DNA of 64,000 nucleotides from Candidatus Poseidoniaceae archaeon. Its GTDB lineage: Archaea; Thermoplasmatota; Poseidoniia; Poseidoniales; Poseidoniaceae. Position numbers and translations under genes: made by a program. The notes beneath the pieces are model-generated. The model was not told the origin of the DNA, searched no databases, and was given only the letters and a program-made list of their open reading frames with translations. Shown in pieces: positions 10,526 to 18,479 of the stretch (position 1 is its first letter; each line of letters begins with the position of its first letter). The stretch is taken from the NCBI GenBank assembly GCA_965662895.1, contig CBFIJH010000003.1:61150-125149 (forward strand). Direction: 5' to 3'.

Positions 10526-10556
10526 AGGGATACGTGGTCAAGGGGATTCATTGAGG

Positions 10557-12314
10557 TTACTTGTCGCTCAATACGGACAACATGATGGAATCGAGATTGA
10601 CCTTTGCCGCATCAAAAATTGCTTCAAGCGATGGATTCTCCTGCTTACGTTTTAATTTCGCACGAGATGAAATGAGATTCCACGCTGCCTTTTTTCCAAT
10701 ACCCGGTATGGCTTCAAGCTGCTTTTCTGTAACTGTATTAATGTTCAAATCTGTCTCAACACCCGTGATTGAACGTGCGCCATGTCCTGTAATCATAATG
10801 TCCGATGTCGTTTCAAGCGGAATGTGATATGTAACGCCAATGAGGATTGGATATGCACCAATTTGACGACCGAAGGTAAGTCCTGCACGTCCATGGATAC
10901 GCTTCCCAACGTGTTCTTCTGTAAGGTGGACAGGTAAACGCGTTCGCCCATCGTGGGTTTCCCAATGCACATCTTTGAGAACATGACCTAGAGGAAACAA
11001 TTCTTGCAGTAGTGGTGAATCGATGGTCTCACGTACAGCCGATTTGAACCGCTTGAACTCAACTTCTGGAATGTCTTGGAAACCGTCTCCCTCAACTTGC
11101 CGAATGTTGATTCTTCGCAACAAAAGTCCTTCATTCCTCAAGGATTGAAGCAGGTTTAGATTCATTTCATAGGTTTCAGGACGTTCTCCATTGAGGCCCG
11201 CAATAAAATTCAGTCCTGGTAGGAGTTTGGGAAGTCCCCGTTCACCTCGTTCACGACCGTATTGATTGATGAGTCGAAGTGCTGTCTTCAATTGATTGGA
11301 ATCACAATTCAACCAATTTTCAGCATGGACATTTGGATCGGCTGACTCAAGACCGAACGATAAGACCGCACCATCTGAGAGTGTTTCAACCAACGTTTTC
11401 GTAATTTCAGTCGAAGGTTCGATGTTCTCTGCGATAATGGATGGATTCCCGTTATCGGTATGGAGAATCTTCAACCGCTCATCTTCTCGTAATCCATGAA
11501 GCAGTTTGGCAATAGGTTCAGGATTTGGAATTGGATATTCAAGTTCCTTCACGCCGTCAGCCATGTAGGTGTAGGTGTCTGTCATTCCACCGAGTCGAAC
11601 ATGCTGAACTCCGGCATCATGAGCGAGTTTAACCTCTCGGATGATGTCTTCGGGCGTTCGCCAAATCGGAACACCTTTTTTTGGTTCGATGCAAAATTTG
11701 CATCCACGCTTGAATCGCACGCAGCCTTGGTAGACCTCTACCTCATAGGTCAGGGGGCCTTTCTTTTGCTCCATACCCAAATCAGGATGCTGCACGACGG
11801 CTTTGCTCTGTGCGCCAAGGTGTGCCCATGTTGTCCATTCCTCGCTTGTTCTCCGCTCATGTTTCCATGTCCCTGTATTGAGGAATTGATGCAAGGTTGC
11901 ATCGGTATCTTGAACAGACAAGAAGAGATTACTCCGAAGCGGTAACCATCCTTGTTGCTTCCAACCGCGAACGGCCCACCCGCCAAACAATGCAGGAATG
12001 TCGCGGGGCAGAGATCGAATCAGCTCAGTCGACTCTCTGCGAGATATCGGCGTTCCTCGAATGTAACGGCCAGGAACAACAGCACCAGCGATGCAAACGA
12101 ATCCTTCCAATTCTCTGAGAATCCGGTCTTGTTCTTGCTCGGAGCATAATCGCCACTGATCGATGGTCATGTATGTGTAATCGATGTTGTGCTGTTCGAG
12201 AACTCCACAAACATAGCGAATATGAAAACCGACGTATGGAGGAACACCAAAAGCGGCTGGTTCGTCCTCGTACCCATCGAGAACGAGCCAAGAAGGAGAA
12301 TCGTTCTCTACCAT
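10557..12314 (-). CDS. Radical SAM protein with C-terminal helix-hairpin-helix (COG1031-like)
   Basis: N-terminal DGYEDEPAAFGVPPY, CVRFKRGCKFC (CX6CX2C), GRQIGAYPIL, and INTVTEKQLEAIPGIGKK HhH. Confidence 0.88.
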   Translation of the reverse strand: MVENDSPSWLVLDGYEDEPAAFGVPPYVGFHIRYVCGVLEQHNIDYTYMTIDQWRLCSEQEQDRILRELEGFVCIAGAVVPGRYIRGTPISRRESTELIRSLPRDIPALFGGWAVRGWKQQGWLPLRSNLFLSVQDTDATLHQFLNTGTWKHERRTSEEWTTWAHLGAQSKAVVQHPDLGMEQKKGPLTYEVEVYQGCVRFKRGCKFCIEPKKGVPIWRTPEDIIREVKLAHDAGVQHVRLGGMTDTYTYMADGVKELEYPIPNPEPIAKLLHGLREDERLKILHTDNGNPSIIAENIEPSTEITKTLVETLSDGAVLSFGLESADPNVHAENWLNCDSNQLKTALRLINQYGRERGERGLPKLLPGLNFIAGLNGERPETYEMNLNLLQSLRNEGLLLRRINIRQVEGDGFQDIPEVEFKRFKSAVRETIDSPLLQELFPLGHVLKDVHWETHDGRTRLPVHLTEEHVGKRIHGRAGLTFGRQIGAYPILIGVTYHIPLETTSDIMITGHGARSITGVETDLNINTVTEKQLEAIPGIGKKAAWNLISSRAKLKRKQENPSLEAIFDAAKVNLDSIMLSVLSDK

Positions 12315-12393
12315 GCTGCTCGTCTTGGCTACCGATTGATAGCATTATGTCCACAAACGTCGATGACAATTGATATTTTGAGGGAAAGAATCT

Positions 12394-13743
12394 TCATCGA
12401 TTCTTCTTTTTCTTTTCTTCGGCAATGGCTTTCATTTCTCGAGAGGATTTCCCACCGCGAGGCTCTTTCTTTCCACCGGATTGCGAAATGTCAACTTTTA
12501 ATCGTCGACCGTTGAGTTCTTTCCCGTTGAGGGCTTTAACGACGTCATCACCCTTGTCTTTCTCATTGATAAAGACGAAAGCGAATCCTTTCGGTTTGCC
12601 GCCTTTGTCCGTTGCGATGGCAATTTCATTGATCGTCGCTGCATCACCAAAGAATGCAGTAATCGCCTTTTCATCCGCATCGAATGGCAGGTTACCGACG
12701 TAGAGTTTCAATCCCTTTGCCGGTCCTTTCGAACGCTTTTCTTTGTTGTCAGCATCTCGAACACCAATGCGACGTCCATGCAAGCGATGTCCATCAAGTT
12801 CCTTGATTGCAGCCTCAGCGTGTGATTTTTCCGTGTACGTTACAAATCCAAATCCTCTTGATGCTCCTGAATCATCGGTCATGACAATGCAATCCGTCAT
12901 GTCACCATGCTTGCCAAAGAGTTCGCGAAGTTTTTCTGTGTCGACCTCTCGAGGAAGCCCTCCAACGAACAAGCGGCACCCTGGCGCTGCTCTCTGTCGA
13001 CGACCTCCACTCTGACCTTGGCCTACAAACCGGAAATACGTTCGCTCTCGCCCATCTTCACGGACGTCAGCAGCAATGTATGTTGCGCGACCAGAGGAAC
13101 CATGAGCAAACAGTTGTTCAGCCTCCTTGCCCCAACGCTTTCCCGAGAGGTTCAATGTGGAGGCACCTTGCTCCAATTCGGCCCAACCAGCACCGAAGTT
13201 ATCAGCAAGTGCACGATAACCTTCGTATTCGCACGTTGGACAAGCAACGTTCCAATCACCGTTGACATGCGCCTCGAGGGTATCTCCACAGGGGGGACAA
13301 ATTGCATGCAAAACGCCACAATCATCTCGTTCTCGGAAATCGAGTCGAACAACGGGTTCAATTTCGGTGACAATCGCACGCGCAACATCTCTTCGTCGTA
13401 CTGCATCCGCAACGGTGTGAAGGAAGCGATCGACGATTCTCGTGACGTGGAAGTGTCCGTGGAGCTGATGCGGAAGAACGTCCCCGCTCTTTCCTTCGAC
13501 GGCGAGGATGCGTGCTTCACCACCCTTTTCTTGCAGTTTTTCGAATTGGCACAGGACTGTGTCACCAATCTGAATGTTAACAATGGATTTTGTAGCGTCA
13601 ACGATGATGTGTTCGTCTTCAATGCGCATGTAGCCCGTTGTTGTTGCCACGATGTGGTCATCAACAGTGGTTGTTCCTTCGCCAGCTCGATGTTTGCCGA
13701 CGGTTCCAATTCTTGTTCCTGGGGTGACGAGGCTCGTCGTCAT
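12394..13743 (-). CDS. csl4: Exosome cap subunit Csl4 fused to two C-terminal RRM domains
   Basis: N-terminal LVTPGTRIG...AGEGT, S1 domain, and Zn ribbon GVLHAICPPCG...CPTC..EGYRALADNFG. RRM1 has LFVGGL/RGFGFVTY; RRM2 has LYVGNL/KGFAFVFI. It follows a COG2263 methylase gene, as csl4 often does in archaea. Confidence 0.88.
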   Translation of the reverse strand: MTTSLVTPGTRIGTVGKHRAGEGTTTVDDHIVATTTGYMRIEDEHIIVDATKSIVNIQIGDTVLCQFEKLQEKGGEARILAVEGKSGDVLPHQLHGHFHVTRIVDRFLHTVADAVRRRDVARAIVTEIEPVVRLDFRERDDCGVLHAICPPCGDTLEAHVNGDWNVACPTCEYEGYRALADNFGAGWAELEQGASTLNLSGKRWGKEAEQLFAHGSSGRATYIAADVREDGRERTYFRFVGQGQSGGRRQRAAPGCRLFVGGLPREVDTEKLRELFGKHGDMTDCIVMTDDSGASRGFGFVTYTEKSHAEAAIKELDGHRLHGRRIGVRDADNKEKRSKGPAKGLKLYVGNLPFDADEKAITAFFGDAATINEIAIATDKGGKPKGFAFVFINEKDKGDDVVKALNGKELNGRRLKVDISQSGGKKEPRGGKSSREMKAIAEEKKKKNR

Positions 13744-13757
13744 ATTTTCAACTCGCT

Positions 13758-13789
13758 GCACAAGCTGCCGATGTATCGACGCGTTGTGC
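13758..13789 (-). promoter_or_regulatory. Predicted 5'-UTR hairpin of csl4-RRM
   Basis: Minus strand GCACAA-C-GC-GUCGA-UACA-UCGGC-A-GC-UUGUGC. TTGAAA at 13820-13815 lies about 30 nt upstream. Confidence 0.55.
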
Positions 13790-13839
13790 TATTTTGATGC
13801 GAGCGATGCTCCCTTTTCAACCCCTCACATAGGTTTGCA

Positions 13840-14460
13840 TCATTTTTTCTTCTCGAGACGATAGCATCGTATGCGGGTCGAAGCCTTGTTTTTTGAGTGA
13901 TGAGCATAGGCAGCAGGTAGGCGAAAATCGTCCTGATAAATTGAATGCAACGCATAGCCATTGTTGTGAGCAAGGGGTAAAAGATGCTCAGCACCAATGC
14001 TGTGAAGAAAATGAATAATCGGTATTTGCATTGCAAAAACCGTCTCAAAAAACACACGATCTGCGCGTTGGGTTTGAACACCCCACGGAGGGTTCATGAT
14101 GGCAATGTCAACGGATTTTTGCAAGTCGATTGGACTTCCGATAACGGTCTGTTCGAGTACCGTGCACATTGAATCACCCTCGACATCCTGGACATTTTTT
14201 CTCAAGACATCGACGGTTGTTGCGTCACACTCGATCAGCGTAACGTGGGCTGCGCCAAGAAAGGCTGCACCTATTCCCAGAACTCCATTTCCAGCACCGA
14301 GGTCGAGAACGTGTTTCCCTTCGAATCCATCACCAAGATTGATTTTGGTTAACCATGCAGCGGCTAGGTTCCCTTCAGTTGGATACTGTTCAAGTTCAAC
14401 GGAGTTGCATGGGTGTGGAGAAAGTGACGAAAGGCGCATCGCAAGATGCCGTTGACGCAT
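13840..14460 (-). CDS. METTL5/COG2263 family SAM-dependent (m6A-type) RNA methyltransferase
   Basis: LEQYPT, DLGAGNG and MNPPWG motifs, plus C-terminal YAHH. Confidence 0.88.
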   Translation of the reverse strand: MRQRHLAMRLSSLSPHPCNSVELEQYPTEGNLAAAWLTKINLGDGFEGKHVLDLGAGNGVLGIGAAFLGAAHVTLIECDATTVDVLRKNVQDVEGDSMCTVLEQTVIGSPIDLQKSVDIAIMNPPWGVQTQRADRVFFETVFAMQIPIIHFLHSIGAEHLLPLAHNNGYALHSIYQDDFRLPAAYAHHSKNKASTRIRCYRLEKKK

Positions 14461-14464
14461 GCAT

Positions 14465-14707
14465 TCACCAACGTCGCTGTTGACCGAATTGTTGGTTGTT
14501 GAATTGTTGTTGCTGTTGCATCTGAGCGGCGTACTGAGCCTGTTGCATGGCTTGTTGATTGCTCATCATCAAAGCGATTTGACGAATCTGCTCTGCTTCC
14601 ATTCGAAGACGTTGGATGAGTTGCTCACCAGGTTGTTGGTTGCCACAGAACCTACAAAATCGCATTCCATCGTGCAGGGATTGTCCACAAGCCACACAGA
14701 ACGCCAT
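14465..14707 (-). CDS. Zinc-ribbon protein with Q/N/M-rich low-complexity C-terminus
   Basis: FCVACG...FCRFCG followed by QQAMQQAQYAAQMQQQQQFNNQQFGQQRRW. GGTGA SD-like motif upstream. Confidence 0.8.
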   Translation of the reverse strand: MAFCVACGQSLHDGMRFCRFCGNQQPGEQLIQRLRMEAEQIRQIALMMSNQQAMQQAQYAAQMQQQQQFNNQQFGQQRRW

Positions 14708-14750
14708 CGTCTCACCTAATATTTGCTACCCGTCTTCCAATTTGAACCTT

Positions 14751-15806
14751 TCATTGAACTGCTGTTAGTTCCATGAACACTGGCCATGTTTCAAACCCAA
14801 CCGCAGCGGCTCGTTCATTGATAGATTCCCAGCGAGGATCATCAACCATATCACTCGGTTCAACACCATTTCCAAGCAGTTCAGTGACCAGAGCACGGAA
14901 TTCAATTTCGATTTCAGTTTGTGGCTGTTCAGCATCGGCTTGAGGAGCAAGTTCAGCTTCTTCCTCTGCGATTGCTGGAGGCGGTGAAGTCTGCAATTCC
15001 TTCAATTCGTCTCCTGCTGCTTGCATTTCTTCAAATCCATCGGTCGTCGCTTTGGTAATAGCCTCGCTCACAGACTGTGGTCCCTCATCTCCATCCGATT
15101 CGATTGTTGGGAGCGGTACTGATGTCTGTGCAGGTATTGTTACCTCGCTGGCTTCGACGTGTGAAGGTGCAGGCGCAACTTCGACCTCTTCTGGAATTTG
15201 TTCCTCGACAACAACGGGCTCGGGCGTCGCAGGTTCGCTTGCTCTCCCCACGCCGAGGACTTCGGCTTGTTGTCGAGCCAACTCAGCAGCCTGTCGACGA
15301 GGAAGACTAACGAAGCACTTGTTGGGAATGGATGAAGGTGGAAATGGAAGGTAGTACCGTTCGATTGCTGGGAGACTTGGGTGTCTGAAACAAATCATCG
15401 TGATGTTCTCAAATGCTCGTTGTGCAGGGACATCAACCGAAAACGGGACGGGATGGACCGATATCGAACCGCGAACCCACTTTTCGCTCGTGACCATGTG
15501 CTGCATCCATGGGCCCAAATCGGATGTTGCAAGATCGAGGAACTGGAAAGAAGCATCTCTTGGATTCAATCCTTGCTCTTCCAACAAGCGGGCTTCTGCT
15601 CGTGGTCGATGAAAAACCCCAATGACGGGTTGTCCATGCTCGACCATATCGCCATGCATTTCGATAATTTTTCGCTCTTTTCGTGGACAGATGATCATCA
15701 CTTGCATTCGCAATGCATCAGAGTCGAAGATGTCGCCCCAGCGATCCTCTGCTTCGGAGAGAAGGCCACCGATGGTTGTGCCCGGAATCATTGCTGTTAT
15801 TCCCAT
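14751..15806 (-). CDS. Hypothetical protein (globular N-domain, acidic/Pro linker, small C-domain)
   Basis: 351-aa ORF packed between asd and the zinc-ribbon gene on the same strand. Confidence 0.75.
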   Translation of the reverse strand: MGITAMIPGTTIGGLLSEAEDRWGDIFDSDALRMQVMIICPRKERKIIEMHGDMVEHGQPVIGVFHRPRAEARLLEEQGLNPRDASFQFLDLATSDLGPWMQHMVTSEKWVRGSISVHPVPFSVDVPAQRAFENITMICFRHPSLPAIERYYLPFPPSSIPNKCFVSLPRRQAAELARQQAEVLGVGRASEPATPEPVVVEEQIPEEVEVAPAPSHVEASEVTIPAQTSVPLPTIESDGDEGPQSVSEAITKATTDGFEEMQAAGDELKELQTSPPPAIAEEEAELAPQADAEQPQTEIEIEFRALVTELLGNGVEPSDMVDDPRWESINERAAAVGFETWPVFMELTAVQ

Positions 15807-15810
15807 GTGC

Positions 15811-16908
15811 TCACGATTCCGATGAAGAAGAGGAGGGATTTAGGTCTACTGATGGAATCAGATTGTTGAAGTGTGCCAACTCTGCAAGAAGGAGTACGCC
15901 TCCTGCGGCGCCGCGAATCGTATTGTGGGAGAGTGCTTGGAAAGAAACAATACCTTGTTCCACCGAAACAAGATGAACAGTCGTTGTCATGCCTGCTTTG
16001 AGGTCAATCGATGGACGAATACCATCAAGCGTTTTTCCGTTCCACAGATCACGGTCTCGTCGTGGCTTTGTGTCAATTATGACCATCGGAGCCTTGGGCT
16101 GACTTGGAAGAGGAACGATGCGATCTTGAAGGGTCGAATTGAGTTGCGTTTGTACGGAGTTAAATGATGGGCTATTGGCGACATGGACTTGGACGTTGAC
16201 GATGTGGCCATCCACTTCATCCACCCGCTTGCATTGAACATCCCATTCGATGCCCTTCAAGTCGAGAATCCGCTCTGCCTCTTCCACGATTTTTTCGGCT
16301 TCGCCTGGAATTTCTTTCCCGACAGCATTCCTTCGTTGTTCATCGTCAATGAGGAGTTTCCACCCTGCTCCAGAAAGCGCCTGCTTACTCCGAACTACAA
16401 CCTTGGTAATGGTGTGGTGTTCCGAAAGAATCGAGAGTGGGTGGAGGAGCGGAATAAGCGTGCAGTTTGTCGCACATGCATGCAGGGCTCGATGTGCAGA
16501 AGAGCGAACCAGTGCCTCTGGATTGACATCAGCTACGACGAGTGGTACATCTTGATGCATGCGATAAGCACTTGCATTGGAAAAGACGTCGATGCCGGCG
16601 TCAACAAGTCTCTTTTCAATTTGCAGAGCAGGCGCACTTGGCAAAGCACTGAAGGCGATCTGGACTTCTGCATCCAACAATTTTTCCTCGAGTTGGGGAT
16701 GATGAATATCGAGAATTTTGATGCTACTCTCAGCAAGAAATGCGGTTTGATCCTGCTCAAGATGCCAGTCAATTTTTGAGAGTTTCATGCCACTCTTTCG
16801 GCCTGCTACTGCGACAAGTTCAAACCACGGGTGGTTTGAGAGCCGCTGTTGCATACGTTGTGAAACGAGGCCTGAAGCACCGAGTATCGCAACTCGAAGC
16901 CTTCGCAT
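15811..16908 (-). CDS. asd: Aspartate-semialdehyde dehydrogenase (archaeal type, divergent)
   Basis: GASGLVSQR, FSALP, SNASAYR, catalytic TNC, QALSGAG and HNTIRGAAG motifs. Confidence 0.85.
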   Translation of the reverse strand: MRRLRVAILGASGLVSQRMQQRLSNHPWFELVAVAGRKSGMKLSKIDWHLEQDQTAFLAESSIKILDIHHPQLEEKLLDAEVQIAFSALPSAPALQIEKRLVDAGIDVFSNASAYRMHQDVPLVVADVNPEALVRSSAHRALHACATNCTLIPLLHPLSILSEHHTITKVVVRSKQALSGAGWKLLIDDEQRRNAVGKEIPGEAEKIVEEAERILDLKGIEWDVQCKRVDEVDGHIVNVQVHVANSPSFNSVQTQLNSTLQDRIVPLPSQPKAPMVIIDTKPRRDRDLWNGKTLDGIRPSIDLKAGMTTTVHLVSVEQGIVSFQALSHNTIRGAAGGVLLLAELAHFNNLIPSVDLNPSSSSSES

Positions 16909-16999
16909 GACAAACAACTAGGCTCCGTTGATTTAGTCCCTTGCTTTCGGAATTTGCCTCAAAGCATATGTTCAAGTGCTAAACGGCTAAGGCGTAGTC

Positions 17000-17440
17000 A
17001 TGGAGAGCACATCTACCATCGAAGCCTTTGCCCATTGTGACGGCCCATGTGGCGTCTACGACCCTGCTAGCGCACGTGTTGCTGCTGAAGCAGTTCAATC
17101 CATGACCAAGAAAATGGTTGCCTTGAGCAGCAGTGATGCAGACAAGTCATCTGCATCCTACATCAACACCATGAGCCGCTATGCCGCAATCAAGGAAGAG
17201 GAAGCACAAACATGCAAGGATGAACTTCTCGTCCTCTGGACAGATTTTTTCAAACCTCAACACCTTGAATCCAACCCTGATCTTCACACAACATTCTGGA
17301 TGGCCGCAAAACTTTGCTCAGCGTGCAAGGTCGAAGTCTCCGAACAACACGCCCAAGAATTGATGGACGCCGTTGAAGCAATTCACACGATGTTTTGGGC
17401 GACCAAGGGACGTGAAGTTTCTTGGGTTCGTGCAAGTTGA
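17000..17440 (+). CDS. sodN: Nickel superoxide dismutase precursor
   Basis: Short leader followed by the Ni-hook HCDGPCGVYDPA. Also LWTDFFKP and FWATK. Confidence 0.97.
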   Translation: MESTSTIEAFAHCDGPCGVYDPASARVAAEAVQSMTKKMVALSSSDADKSSASYINTMSRYAAIKEEEAQTCKDELLVLWTDFFKPQHLESNPDLHTTFWMAAKLCSACKVEVSEQHAQELMDAVEAIHTMFWATKGREVSWVRAS

Positions 17441-17449
17441 GGCGATTCC

Positions 17450-17734
17450 TTGGAATCAATTGCTGTAGTCATAAACGGCGACAGCATGTGGCCTTCTCTG
17501 AAAGACGGAGATGCAATTGAAGTCACACCTTATCGAGGACAGGGGCTTTATGTGAACGACATTGTTGTTTTCAAAGACCCTCGAGTTGAATCCCGAATCT
17601 GCGTGAAACGCGTCAAACGAATTGAATCGGATGGATTGTTCGTGGAAGGTGATAACCCTGACCCTACGGCTTCCACAGATTCCCATAACTACGGGTTGAT
17701 ACGACTGCAATTACTCATTGGTTTCAAACGATAA
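17450..17734 (+). CDS. sodX: NiSOD maturation protease (S26 family)
   Basis: GDSMWPSL, VKRV and GDNP..STDSHNYG motifs; directly downstream of sodN. Confidence 0.92.
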   Translation: MESIAVVINGDSMWPSLKDGDAIEVTPYRGQGLYVNDIVVFKDPRVESRICVKRVKRIESDGLFVEGDNPDPTASTDSHNYGLIRLQLLIGFKR

Positions 17735-18454
17735 TTTTCCTTTCCCAAGTTCTTCCTCGACCGGAGTTGGAAACAACTTTCGAACCAAAAGTTTCCTTAA
17801 AATGGATGAACCATCGCGTAGGGAACCCAACTTCGCTTCACCCACTCGTGCACTGTATGAGACTGGAATATTGGTCAATGGTATCTTCGATATTGCACAT
17901 TGAGCATACATCTCGGCTTCAATTTCAAAATCCATGCTGTTCAAATTCATCTGCAACAACGCATCACGATCGAACAGCCAGTAACCACTACAGACATCAT
18001 GAATCTCTGTGCTGTGAAGAACGACTGCCGACCAAGTAAGAAGATGATTTCCAATCCAATTAACAGGCGACATTGCATCAACATTCAGAGAATGACTCAA
18101 TCGATTTCCAACGATGACACATCCTGCTTTCAGTTGCTTAAGCATCGGAAGCATATCCATTGGGTCATAAGTAAGGTCAGCATCAAACATGACCAAGGCA
18201 TCAAATCCATTCTTGATGGCGAAATCAAATCCAACTCGAACGGCTTCCCCTTTTCCTTCGCTTGGCTGAACAAGGACTGTACAACCTGCATCGATTCCAA
18301 TCCTTTGCGATTCATCAATGCTGTTTCCATCAACGATGACGACGTCTGCATGCCAGCCTTGTTCGAGAAGAGGTTCGTATGGAATCGTCCTCAGAACAAC
18401 ATCCAGTCCCTCTGCTTCATTGAGCACGGGAAGGAGAATCATCAGTCGTTTCAC
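17711..18454 (-). CDS. GT2 glycosyltransferase (Dol-P-Man synthase-like)
   Basis: LPVLNE, DGNSID, GKG, DADLTY and DVCSGY motifs. Probable GTG start at 18454. Confidence 0.9.
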   Translation of the reverse strand: MKRLMILLPVLNEAEGLDVVLRTIPYEPLLEQGWHADVVIVDGNSIDESQRIGIDAGCTVLVQPSEGKGEAVRVGFDFAIKNGFDALVMFDADLTYDPMDMLPMLKQLKAGCVIVGNRLSHSLNVDAMSPVNWIGNHLLTWSAVVLHSTEIHDVCSGYWLFDRDALLQMNLNSMDFEIEAEMYAQCAISKIPLTNIPVSYSARVGEAKLGSLRDGSSILRKLLVRKLFPTPVEEELGKGKLSFETNE

Positions 18455-18479
18455 GAATGTCGCTTGAACTGGTCGTTTT

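Noticed and set aside
12907-13797. 296-aa + strand ORF and the many other overlapping antisense or alternate-frame ORFs
   Set aside because: These are shadows of well-supported genes on the opposite strand and carry no motifs.
14465-14707. Zn-ribbon protein as the Trm112 activator of METTL5
   Set aside because: The Cys spacing fits a simple zinc ribbon, and it lacks the Trm112 YPI.DGIP motif.
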